Shown: positions 41,369 through 50,155 of the stretch, piece by piece
Layout: every line of letters starts with the position of its first letter
How positions within the stretch are numbered: position 1 is the first letter of the stretch
Position numbers and translations under genes: made by a program
Notes under the pieces: model-generated
The model's database searches: none
What the model was told of the DNA's origin: nothing
Seen by the model: the letters and a program-made list of their open reading frames with translations, nothing else
Assembly: GCA_044226015.1 (NCBI GenBank)
Contig: JBGAHS010000002.1
Coordinates: 851,435 to 915,434 of the forward strand
DNA: 64,000 nt
Source: Candidatus Obscuribacteraceae bacterium
GTDB lineage: Bacteria; Cyanobacteriota; Vampirovibrionia; Obscuribacterales; Obscuribacteraceae
Direction: 5' to 3'

Positions 41369-41619
41369 CTAACGCTCCAAAACGCCTGTCACAGCATTAT
41401 TCCCCGAATACTACAAGCTATTCTCCATTCATTTTCGGGTGAACTCTGAACCAGATTAACCGCCTCATCTACCTGCCTGCACCCCCATTTGTCCTTTTAA
41501 GTGGGAGAACTACGTGCACTAAATCGCCATTCTTTGGCGCTCGATGTCCAGCCGGGCGGTAGATTTGGATATTAGCGTTTAATGAGGAATAGCCATGCTA
41601 TCTCCCAACTAAGATGCAC

Positions 41620-41655
41620 AAGGAGGTCGTCCGCAGCCGACCTCCTTTCCTTTTT
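41620..41655 (+). terminator. Terminator-like hairpin in a divergent intergenic region
   Basis: AAGGAGGTCG-tccgcagc-CGACCTCCTT followed by TCCTTTTT. Confidence 0.6.
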
Positions 41656-41731
41656 GCCTGCTAAAAATTCCAATTTCTCTGTTGGAAATGATGACGTTAG
41701 TATTGCGATACGGAGAAACGAAAACTTTGGC

Positions 41732-41792
41732 CGGTAGGAGCGGCGCTTGCCGCTCGAAAAAAAGCACGGGCGGCAATCGCGCGCTCCTACCG
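41732..41792. repeat. GTAG-type REP doublet (REPIN-like inverted pair)
   Basis: CGGTAGGAGCGGCGCTTGCCGCTCG ... CGGGCGGCAATCGCGCGCTCCTACCG; each arm is GTAG plus an internal palindrome. Confidence 0.7.
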
Positions 41793-41859
41793 TTCAGGCT
41801 TGCCTTTGCAAAGCTGCCATCAATTACCACGACACTATTTTTCACGAAGGGGAAGGCTC

Positions 41860-42453
41860 ATGAAGACAAGCCTTACAACGATTTTTTCACTGTCTATAGC
41901 GGCTATTCTGATTATCGCTATACCGCCAGCTCCCTCGCTTGCCGATGACAGTGAAGATGAGCAAGCAACGGAGAGCGCTGATGAAAGAGACGAAAACGCG
42001 GCTCCGATCGCCGCTGCCGCCGGACAAAAGCCGCAGGTGAACAAGACAGCGACACATTCTCCGGAAGAAATCGCAAAAGCGCTTCAATCTTGTGAGCAGG
42101 CAATCAATAAGTTCAAGGAAATGGGTGTGGGAGTTGCCCCGTTTGAATCGGTCACTGCACAAGCACACGGCCTTCTTGAGGCAAATCAAATCGGCGAGGC
42201 AGAAGAACTTACTTTCGCGCTGAAGCACTCACTTGAAGATCAGCAGCGGCGCTTCTATGCTAACAAAATTCAAGTCTGGCACAATCAGGTTAAACTTCAA
42301 CAGGAAGAAATGAAGAAAAAGAAAGGACATAACTTAGTAAGCGCAAGCTCACCGAGCACCAAATCTGGTGGCAACCTGGCAAAAGGAGCACATGGTGTTC
42401 TTTCTCGGGCTGACGCTAAGTACACACCGCTGATTTATCCTATAGCCCGGTAG
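41860..42453 (+). CDS. Hypothetical secreted protein
   Basis: MKTSLTTIFSLSIAAILIIAIPPAPSLA signal peptide; GAAGG RBS. Confidence 0.75.
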   Translation: MKTSLTTIFSLSIAAILIIAIPPAPSLADDSEDEQATESADERDENAAPIAAAAGQKPQVNKTATHSPEEIAKALQSCEQAINKFKEMGVGVAPFESVTAQAHGLLEANQIGEAEELTFALKHSLEDQQRRFYANKIQVWHNQVKLQQEEMKKKKGHNLVSASSPSTKSGGNLAKGAHGVLSRADAKYTPLIYPIAR

Positions 42454-42460
42454 GCGAAGC

Positions 42461-43471
42461 TTACTGATTTGCCTGATGCTGAGCCAAAATCTCGTGCACT
42501 GCTTTATGCATATGCGCGCGCACTTCTTCATCTTGCCATTTGACCATGTCATCCAGACTGGCATTCTTTGCTATTTCAGTCACGAGTAAATAGCCCAATC
42601 CATAGCCGAAATGCAGAGGCACGCACTTTTCTTTTTGCTCTTGCTCAAAAAAGCGCGCTTGAATCTTGCCAGCGCGGTCGTCCTCATCAAGATGTTTTGT
42701 GAGTTCACTAGCCATCGCCGGTAGTGCAAGTCGAGTTTGCGCAAGTAACTTGTCGTCAAAGAACAAATCTTTTTCCGATGCATGTGGCGAAAGATGCTTA
42801 GCAGCGTAAATAGCCAGCCCCTCGACCCACAAACGGCTGTGTAGTTTCTCAAAGCGGCAATAGTGCTGTGCATGATACACGCGAAATAATTGCTCATCTA
42901 CGAATGGTTCAAGATTATCAACATGTCTTTGTTTGGCCAAAACATCCACTGCAAAACAAACTAAAACTCTGCTATTCACAAGAGGTGCAAACTCGGGAGA
43001 GTAGCCCAGACAGTGAGCTATATAAAAATTGAGGTCTTCCGTATGAAAATCAGAAAAGCGATGCTCAAATTTCTGTATGTATGCCCCTAAATGACTTCGC
43101 AACTCCTTGTGCAGACTCTCAAATCGCGACCGTATACCGGGAAATTGCGCACAATTGTCATCTAGCAACTTTTGCTTTTCCACATGCAAAGCATGCTTAA
43201 AATGATGAAAAATCACTTCGCTGTAAAGTTCTGGAGCCCTATTCACCACCTGTTGGTAGAAATCAACGCTCCTGTCATGCTCAGCCACCGAAGCACTTTT
43301 CTGGTAAAAAACCAAAAAGTCCTCTGCAAGATCTTTTATTTTTACGGCTGTTGTTTTCACCCCAGCCAGGTGATGAGTAGACATAAGGGCTGAGGTGCTG
43401 CTCGAATTACTGTCTGCAATTTTTGGACCTGCAGCTTTAACACCACTTGTCATGAAAAAAGGAAAACGCAA
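42461..43471 (-). CDS. DUF2268/DUF5700-like metalloprotease homologue, degenerate active site
   Basis: FAVDV, QLFRVYH, LWVEGLAIYAA, GYGLGY family-like pattern; no HExxH; start uncertain. Confidence 0.6.
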   Translation of the reverse strand: MRFPFFMTSGVKAAGPKIADSNSSSTSALMSTHHLAGVKTTAVKIKDLAEDFLVFYQKSASVAEHDRSVDFYQQVVNRAPELYSEVIFHHFKHALHVEKQKLLDDNCAQFPGIRSRFESLHKELRSHLGAYIQKFEHRFSDFHTEDLNFYIAHCLGYSPEFAPLVNSRVLVCFAVDVLAKQRHVDNLEPFVDEQLFRVYHAQHYCRFEKLHSRLWVEGLAIYAAKHLSPHASEKDLFFDDKLLAQTRLALPAMASELTKHLDEDDRAGKIQARFFEQEQKEKCVPLHFGYGLGYLLVTEIAKNASLDDMVKWQDEEVRAHMHKAVHEILAQHQANQ

Positions 43472-43629
43472 GCAAAGCGGATACTAGTTTTGAATGCAAA
43501 CGTTTACCTCAAAATGAAAAATCCATAACACCAAATACATTATATATATTGGAGGTGGATTAATATGCGACAATTCCATAGATTTTGAAACGAGAATTGA
43601 AAAACAAAGCCGCTTGACGGCTTTGCTGT

Positions 43630-45099
43630 TTGAGCACGACTACACAAAAGGTTGATTCCATGAATACAACGGTTCAATCGTCTCCTAGAAATCTGGAAGC
43701 TTTGAAAGCGCTAGAGGAGAGCATAATACGTGACCTCGAGCTTGAAGACTACCCAAAACGAGACTGGGTATTCGAGCGCGTCAGCTCAAGCGGACAGAAA
43801 ATTCTAGATGTTCTAATCATAGGAGCCGGTCAAGGCGGGCTTGCAGCAGCTTTCGCTCTCATGCGCGAAAAAGTCAAAAACATTTTGCTGGTTGACGAAA
43901 ATCCAGAGGGCAGGGAAGGTCCCTGGCTTAATTTCGCACGAATGCACACGTTGCGCACTCCAAAATATATAACAGGACCTGACCTCGGCTTTCCAAATTT
44001 AACTCCTCGTCACTGGTATGAGACGGTTTTTGGCAAAGACACTTGGGACCAACTCACATTGATTCCCAAAGAACACTGGGCTGAATACCTACAGTGGTAT
44101 CGCAAAGTACTGAACATTCCAGTTCGAAACTTGACACAAGCTGGCTCGATAGAGTGGAACAGCAAAGAAAACTGCTTCAACATACCACTCACGGATAAAG
44201 TCAGCGGCAAAGAAGAAATAGCCTTGGCAAGAAAGGTGGTTCTTGCAACGGGCATCGATGGCTCTGGACGCTGGGACGTGCCTCAAATGATCAGCGACAA
44301 TATTGCAAGAACTCATTACGCTCATACTCGTGATGAAATAGATTTTGATCATTTGAAAGGAAAAAGTATCGCAGTACTCGGTGCCGGAGCATCTGCGTTC
44401 GATAATGCCTCTGTTGCTATGGAGACAGGCGCAAAAGAGATTCACCTGTTTTACAGGAGAGAAGACTTACCAAATATCAACCCTTACAGATGGGCGGAAT
44501 TCGTCGGCTTCCTCAAGCACCATGGCGACCTTCCAGACCACATGAAGTGGAAGTTCATTCTGGAAATTCTGAGAATGGGACAGCTTCCTCCAACAGACAC
44601 GTTCCTTCGCGCGACGAAAAATCCTAACTTCTTGATGCACGGCGGTTATGTTTGGAATTCGCTAAAACAAAACAATGGAACAGTGGAAATTACGACGAAC
44701 AAAGAAACCTTCAACGTTGACTATGTAATTGTCGGAACGGGTTGCGTCACAGACCTGACCTTCCGCCCAGAACTGAATAAAGTCTATGACAAAATCGCCC
44801 TGTGGAAAGATCGATATACACCACCCAAAGAGGACTATAACGGCGACCTTTTGAGACACCCATACCTCGGCGCTTCATGCGAATTCACTGAAAAAGTTGC
44901 TGGTGAAGCACCTTACCTGAACTCGCTATTTAACTTCACTTTTGGTGGCTTACTCAGCCTGGGCTTTGCAGGTTCAAGTATTTCAGGCATGAAATACAGT
45001 GTACAGAGATTGGTTTCAGGCATCACAAAACAACTTTATTTCGAAGACGCAGAAAAGTATTACGAGCAACTCAAATCGTTCGATGTGAGGGAATTTTAG
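43630..45099 (+). CDS. hpyO: FAD-dependent monooxygenase, HpyO-like urate hydroxylase
   Basis: GAGQGG (FAD), GPWLNFARMHTLRTPK, LATGIDG, GAGASAFD (NAD(P)H); first gene of the urate/allantoin operon; start may be ATG at 43660. Confidence 0.78.
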   Translation: MSTTTQKVDSMNTTVQSSPRNLEALKALEESIIRDLELEDYPKRDWVFERVSSSGQKILDVLIIGAGQGGLAAAFALMREKVKNILLVDENPEGREGPWLNFARMHTLRTPKYITGPDLGFPNLTPRHWYETVFGKDTWDQLTLIPKEHWAEYLQWYRKVLNIPVRNLTQAGSIEWNSKENCFNIPLTDKVSGKEEIALARKVVLATGIDGSGRWDVPQMISDNIARTHYAHTRDEIDFDHLKGKSIAVLGAGASAFDNASVAMETGAKEIHLFYRREDLPNINPYRWAEFVGFLKHHGDLPDHMKWKFILEILRMGQLPPTDTFLRATKNPNFLMHGGYVWNSLKQNNGTVEITTNKETFNVDYVIVGTGCVTDLTFRPELNKVYDKIALWKDRYTPPKEDYNGDLLRHPYLGASCEFTEKVAGEAPYLNSLFNFTFGGLLSLGFAGSSISGMKYSVQRLVSGITKQLYFEDAEKYYEQLKSFDVREF

Positions 45100-45101
45100 T
45101 T

Positions 45102-46538
45102 ATGAGCGAGAAAACTTCATTTGGTCTCTATAGCAAGAATGTCTACACTCCAGAAGGAGTAAGAGAAGCTGTTGTCGTAATAAATGAGGGAAAGATTTCG
45201 GACATCATTGCGCCAGAGCTTGCTCATCCTGATTGTCAAATCGAAGATTTGAGCGAACTGTGTTTGATGCCTGGTCTCATCGACAGCCACGTACACGTAA
45301 ACGAACCTGGCAGAACTGAATGGGAAGGGTTTCGCACAGCGACTCGCGCTGCCGCCGCAGGTGGTATCACAACAATCGCAGACATGCCTCTCAATTGCGA
45401 CCCAGTAACCACGACTGCAAAAGCTTTCCAAACCAAACTCGACGCCTTAAAAGGCTCAAGCAAAAGCAAATCGAAGAAGGCAAAAGCTAGCGAAACAGCC
45501 AGCGACGCGGATGAAGAAGATAAGCTCTGGGTGGACTGTGCCTTCTATGGCGGCGTCGTCCCCGGCAACAGTGGCGAACTCGAAAAAATGATAGAAATGG
45601 GAGTTAAGGGCTTCAAGTGCTTCTTAATTCATTCTGGAATTGATGAATTCCCAAATGTCACAGAAAAAGATTTGCGCGAAGCTATGCCAATCTTAGCTAA
45701 GCATAAAATCCCCTTGCTGGTACATGCGGAACTCGATTGTGGACAGTGCCATGAAGAAGAGTGGGCAGACCCTCGCTCATACAAATCATTCTTAGCCTCC
45801 CGTCCACGCAAGTGGGAAAATGACGCTATTGAAATGATGATCAATCTCTGCCGCGAATTTGGTGGACCAGTGCACATTGTGCATCTTTCATCATCTGACG
45901 CACTGACACAGATTTCACAGCTAAAACGTGATGGGCTGCCATTTACAGTAGAAACTTGCCCACATTATCTGAGCTTCGAAGCAGAGAATATTCCCGATGG
46001 AGACCCGCGATTTAAGTGTGCACCTCCTATTCGAGAAGCTGAAAATAGAGAGAAGCTCTGGCGTGGTCTTACCGCAGGGCTCATCGACTTTGTCGTTAGC
46101 GACCATTCCCCATGCGTTCCAGACAAGAAATTCCTTCCAGAAGGAGACTTGAAGAGAGCCTGGGGAGGAATTTCCTCACTGCAATTCGGACTTCCAGTCA
46201 TTTGGACTGAAGCGCAAAAGAGAAAGTTGGACCTGACAGATCTCGTAGAGTGGATGTGTGCTCGACCAGCTAAATTTCTGGGCTTGCAAGATCGAAAAGG
46301 CGCAATCAAAGTGGGCTACGATGCAGACCTGATCGCATTTGACCCGAAGGCTGATTTCAAAATCAACAAAGAAATCATTCAGCACAAACACAAAGTAACT
46401 CCCTATGAGGGCAAAGAATTAAAAGGCCTAGTCCGCAAGACTTATGTCAGAGGGCGCCTGGTGTACGAAAACGGGAAATTAACCACACATGCCAGTGGTG
46501 ACCAATTACTGCAAAAACGAGTGGAGATAAATGCATAA
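45102..46538 (+). CDS. allB: Allantoinase
   Basis: DSHVHVNEPGRTEWEGF, GFKCF, VHAE, HIVHLSS, ETCPHYL, KCAPPIR, SDHSP. Confidence 0.93.
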   Translation: MSEKTSFGLYSKNVYTPEGVREAVVVINEGKISDIIAPELAHPDCQIEDLSELCLMPGLIDSHVHVNEPGRTEWEGFRTATRAAAAGGITTIADMPLNCDPVTTTAKAFQTKLDALKGSSKSKSKKAKASETASDADEEDKLWVDCAFYGGVVPGNSGELEKMIEMGVKGFKCFLIHSGIDEFPNVTEKDLREAMPILAKHKIPLLVHAELDCGQCHEEEWADPRSYKSFLASRPRKWENDAIEMMINLCREFGGPVHIVHLSSSDALTQISQLKRDGLPFTVETCPHYLSFEAENIPDGDPRFKCAPPIREAENREKLWRGLTAGLIDFVVSDHSPCVPDKKFLPEGDLKRAWGGISSLQFGLPVIWTEAQKRKLDLTDLVEWMCARPAKFLGLQDRKGAIKVGYDADLIAFDPKADFKINKEIIQHKHKVTPYEGKELKGLVRKTYVRGRLVYENGKLTTHASGDQLLQKRVEINA

Positions 46539-47611
46539 TGGACAAAAATGCGATTCTAGATGCTGCTGCATTTACAGGCACTATCGACCTCGCTTCAGAA
46601 CGGGTTGGCGGCAAAGTTCTCTATGCCAATGACGAATTCTTTGCAGAGAAAGAGAATTTGATAAAGCCAGGTCGCGGTGTTTTCATTGCTGACAAATACA
46701 CTGAGCGTGGCAAATGGATGGATGGCTGGGAAACCAGGCGCAAACGCACTCCTGGGCACGACTGGTGCATATTGAGACTTGGTATTGCTGGACAGATTCA
46801 CGGGGTCGACATCGACACAAATCACTTTCTTGGTAATAACCCAGCTTATGCCTCGATTGAAGCAGCAGAATTACACACGGATGTGCTGGTCTCAGAGCTG
46901 ATTTCAGATTCATTCGAATGGGTTGAAATACTTCCACGCATTCCGCTGAAACCTGGTGCTCAAAATATTTTTGCCGTGACCAGCAAAGAACGATGGACCC
47001 ACCTGCGTTTGAACATATATCCAGATGGAGGTGTAGCACGCTTCCGTGTCCACGGAGAGCCGGTTCCAGACTGGAGTCGCATTGGCGAAAACCAGGAAAT
47101 CGATCTTATCGCGGTAGAGAATGGTGGCAAAGTTCTGTGCGCCAGTGATATGTTTTTTGGAAACAAAGACAACATGATTATGCCTGGCCGAGCCGAAAAC
47201 ATGGGCGATGGATGGGAAACAAAACGTCGCCGTGGACCAGGTTTTGATTGGTCAATAATCAAGCTGGGACATGAAGGCGTGCTCAAGAAAGTTGAAATTG
47301 ACACAAATCACTTTAAAGGTAATTACCCTGACAGTTTCTGGCTGGAAGGTACATATGCGCCTGATGCGGACATATCGCTTCTTAATTGGAACCAATTCGA
47401 ATGGAAACCAATTCACGAACAGACGAAGCTGCAAGCGCACCATCAACACTTTTATGATGTGAAACAAGAACACCAGGGTCCGTGGACACATTTGCGACTG
47501 AGTATCGCGCCAGATGGTGGCGTGAGCCGCTTCCGTGCATTCGGCATGCCACATAGTACACACCACACACAGAAGGAAGAGGCAAAAAGTGGGGCTAAGT
47601 CCGTTAAATAA
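46538..47611 (+). CDS. alc: Allantoicase
   Basis: Duplicated domain: DGWETRRKR/DGWETKRRR, DTNHF.GN.P, PDGGVAR/PDGGVSR. Confidence 0.94.
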   Translation: MDKNAILDAAAFTGTIDLASERVGGKVLYANDEFFAEKENLIKPGRGVFIADKYTERGKWMDGWETRRKRTPGHDWCILRLGIAGQIHGVDIDTNHFLGNNPAYASIEAAELHTDVLVSELISDSFEWVEILPRIPLKPGAQNIFAVTSKERWTHLRLNIYPDGGVARFRVHGEPVPDWSRIGENQEIDLIAVENGGKVLCASDMFFGNKDNMIMPGRAENMGDGWETKRRRGPGFDWSIIKLGHEGVLKKVEIDTNHFKGNYPDSFWLEGTYAPDADISLLNWNQFEWKPIHEQTKLQAHHQHFYDVKQEHQGPWTHLRLSIAPDGGVSRFRAFGMPHSTHHTQKEEAKSGAKSVK

Positions 47612-48092
47612 CGCAAGCAATGCAGAAGCATATCGAAGCCTGGTTCGCTGCTGTGGAGCCGAGAAGTGGGTTGAAGCGATGCTGAACGCACGCCCGTACA
47701 CGTCGATGGACGACCTCTATGACAAAGCAGAGCGTTTTCTGGATGCTCTGGGCGAAGAAGATTGGAGAGAAGCTTTTTCACACCATCCAAAAATCGGCGA
47801 TTTGCATGTATTGCGACAGAAGTTCAACACCACAGCAACATGGGAAGCAGGAGAGCAGTGTTCAGTTGCAACAGCAACTGAGGACCTACTCCGTGAGCTG
47901 CACGAATACAATGTCAGATACGAAGACAAGTTCGGCTACATCTTCATCATTTGCGCCACCGGGCGTAGCGCAGAGTCCATGTTGGACAATTTGAAACTGC
48001 GATTGCCTAACGACAAAGACAAAGAGCTGCAAATTGCAGCGAACGAACAGAAGAAAATTACACTTTTGAGATTGGAGAAACTATGCCAGTAA
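47589..48092 (+). CDS. uraD: OHCU decarboxylase
   Basis: CCGAEKWV, HHPKIG, YEDKFGYIFIICATG, EQKKITLLRL; likely GTG start at 47589 overlapping the alc end. Confidence 0.92.
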   Translation: MGLSPLNNASNAEAYRSLVRCCGAEKWVEAMLNARPYTSMDDLYDKAERFLDALGEEDWREAFSHHPKIGDLHVLRQKFNTTATWEAGEQCSVATATEDLLRELHEYNVRYEDKFGYIFIICATGRSAESMLDNLKLRLPNDKDKELQIAANEQKKITLLRLEKLCQ

Positions 48093-48430
48093 GCCCGATT
48101 ACAACGCATATTCTTGACACAGCAAAAGGTTGCCCGGCTGCCGGAGTTCCAATAAGAATTGAAATAGAAAGAAGCGGCAGATTTGAATTGATTGGCGAAG
48201 GCGTGACCAATGCAGATGGTCGAGTAATTGATCTTCTTCCTTACGATAGACCGCTCGAAACAGGGCGCTATCGCATGCGCTTCGACACGAATAGATACTT
48301 CAGCGATAACAAGATCGAAGGCTTCTACCCTTATGTTGAGGTCGTCTTCGACATCCTACAAGCAGAGCAGCATTATCATGTTCCTCTTCTTCTGAGCCCT
48401 TTCGGCTTCTCGACATATAGAGGCAGCTAG
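48083..48430 (+). CDS. uraH: 5-hydroxyisourate hydrolase (transthyretin-like)
   Basis: ITTHILDT, TNADGR, HYHVPLLLSPFGFSTYRGS signature. Confidence 0.95.
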   Translation: MPVSPITTHILDTAKGCPAAGVPIRIEIERSGRFELIGEGVTNADGRVIDLLPYDRPLETGRYRMRFDTNRYFSDNKIEGFYPYVEVVFDILQAEQHYHVPLLLSPFGFSTYRGS

Positions 48431-48573
48431 AGCTCAAACGCAGTTAATGAGCTAATTTCCAAGCTAGCGCTTTTCGTAACAATTTTAGAATCCAAGTAGC
48501 GAAAAGCTGCGTAATTTAGCGCAGTTCCAGCGAAATTCGGCTATGATTTCGGATCCAAAAATAAGCTCGGGGG

Positions 48574-49587
48574 TTGGAAATCATGGCGACGACAGTGCAA
48601 ACAGATGCTGGACAGATGACTGCTGTCAAGAACTTTATCAAGCATCATTTCAGACACTTCAACGCTGCGGTAGTCATCGATGCTGCCGAAGCGTACAACG
48701 CGCACCTGAACAAAGGCGGCAAGATGTTCATGACTCTTGCTGGTGCGATGAGTACAGCTGAGCTTGGGCTGTCTCTTGCAGAGATGATTCGCCAGGACAA
48801 AGTACATGCAATTTGCTGCACTGGCGCAAATCTTGAAGAAGACATCTTCAATTTAGTGGCCCACGATAGCTATGTAAGAGTTCCCCACTATCGTCAACTG
48901 ACCCCACAGGAAGAGGTCGCCCTTCGCGAAAAGGGAATGAACCGCGTTACCGACACATGCATTCCAGAAGACACAGCCATTCGCGCAATTGAGCATCAGG
49001 TTCTCGACCTCTGGAAAGCCGCAGACAAAGAAGGAAAGCGCTATTTCCCTTATGAGTTCATGTATCAACTGATTCGCAACGGCAGCATTGAAAAGTCATA
49101 TCAAATCGACCCGAAAAACTCCTGGATGATCGCAGCCTGCGAAAAGAACATTCCAATCTTCACACCAGGCTGGGAAGATTCAACATTGGGCAACATCTTC
49201 GTTTCGCACGTATATTCTGGCGACCTGTCCAGCTACCAGATTTACAAATCTGGGCTGGAAGCAATGGCACAACTAATTGATTGGTACAAAGCTAACTCCA
49301 AAGACGAAAGCATAGGCTTCTATCAAATTGGTGGTGGCATCGCCGGTGACTTCCCGATTTGCGTTGTTCCCCTTATTCACCAGGATTTGCAAGAGAAGAG
49401 CTGCCGCTATTGGGGTTATTTCTGCCAGATTTCAGACAGCACCACTTCATACGGTAGCTACAGCGGTGCTGTTCCAAACGAAAAAATCACATGGGGCAAA
49501 CTGGAAATCGACACCCCGCGATTTGTAATTGAATCTGACGCATCGATAGTGGCACCACTCATGTTCGCTTACATACTTGGACAATAA
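48574..49587 (+). CDS. Deoxyhypusine synthase-like protein (polyamine/homospermidine-type)
   Basis: TLAGAM, TGANLEED, QIGGG, SYSGAVPNEKITWGK with the catalytic Lys. Confidence 0.88.
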   Translation: MEIMATTVQTDAGQMTAVKNFIKHHFRHFNAAVVIDAAEAYNAHLNKGGKMFMTLAGAMSTAELGLSLAEMIRQDKVHAICCTGANLEEDIFNLVAHDSYVRVPHYRQLTPQEEVALREKGMNRVTDTCIPEDTAIRAIEHQVLDLWKAADKEGKRYFPYEFMYQLIRNGSIEKSYQIDPKNSWMIAACEKNIPIFTPGWEDSTLGNIFVSHVYSGDLSSYQIYKSGLEAMAQLIDWYKANSKDESIGFYQIGGGIAGDFPICVVPLIHQDLQEKSCRYWGYFCQISDSTTSYGSYSGAVPNEKITWGKLEIDTPRFVIESDASIVAPLMFAYILGQ

Positions 49588-49607
49588 TTCAAGCGGGGGA
49601 ACATAAA

Positions 49608-50111
49608 GTGACAGCGGAAGAATTGATTCAACTTCTAGGTTTAGAGCCCCTGCCCAGAGAGGGAGGCTATTTCCGACGCTCTTATTGTTGCAACGAAGAA
49701 ATTCCACAACCATCGATGCCTCATCGCTATCTGGTGGACCATCCTTTCGGAACTTGCATCTACTATCTTCTTACAAGAGATAGCTTCTCCCATTTTCACA
49801 GCTTACTATCTGATGAGATTTACCACTTCTACCTGGGCGACCCTGTTGAGTTGGTTGAACTGCACCCAAACGGCGAATGCAGCATCACAGTGCTGGGACA
49901 AGACATCCTGAATGGACAAAAGGTTCAACACGCAGTAATGCGCAACACGTGGCAAGCATCATATCTGCGACCGGGTGGAGACTGGGCGTTGCTTGGTTGC
50001 ACCGTAGCACCAGGCTACGACGATAACGACTTCCAGATGGGCAACTGGGAAAACTTACTGCGCACGCATCCGAAACACCATCAGATCATAATGAAGCTTT
50101 CCAGAAAGTAG
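49608..50111 (+). CDS. Cupin_5 (DUF985) family protein
   Basis: LEPLPREGGYFR, IYYLL, SHFH...SDEIYHFYLG, GCTVAPG. Confidence 0.88.
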   Translation: MTAEELIQLLGLEPLPREGGYFRRSYCCNEEIPQPSMPHRYLVDHPFGTCIYYLLTRDSFSHFHSLLSDEIYHFYLGDPVELVELHPNGECSITVLGQDILNGQKVQHAVMRNTWQASYLRPGGDWALLGCTVAPGYDDNDFQMGNWENLLRTHPKHHQIIMKLSRK

Positions 50112-50155
50112 AATTCTGAGTAAGCGTTAAAGACGGAAAACACGAATGATCACGA

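Noticed and set aside
41369..41600. Glutamine (glnA-type) riboswitch upstream of glutaminase
   Set aside because: Consensus elements not found by eye
41595..41612. 5-codon leader peptide MLSPN after GAGGA
   Set aside because: Too short, with no regulatory codon run, to support
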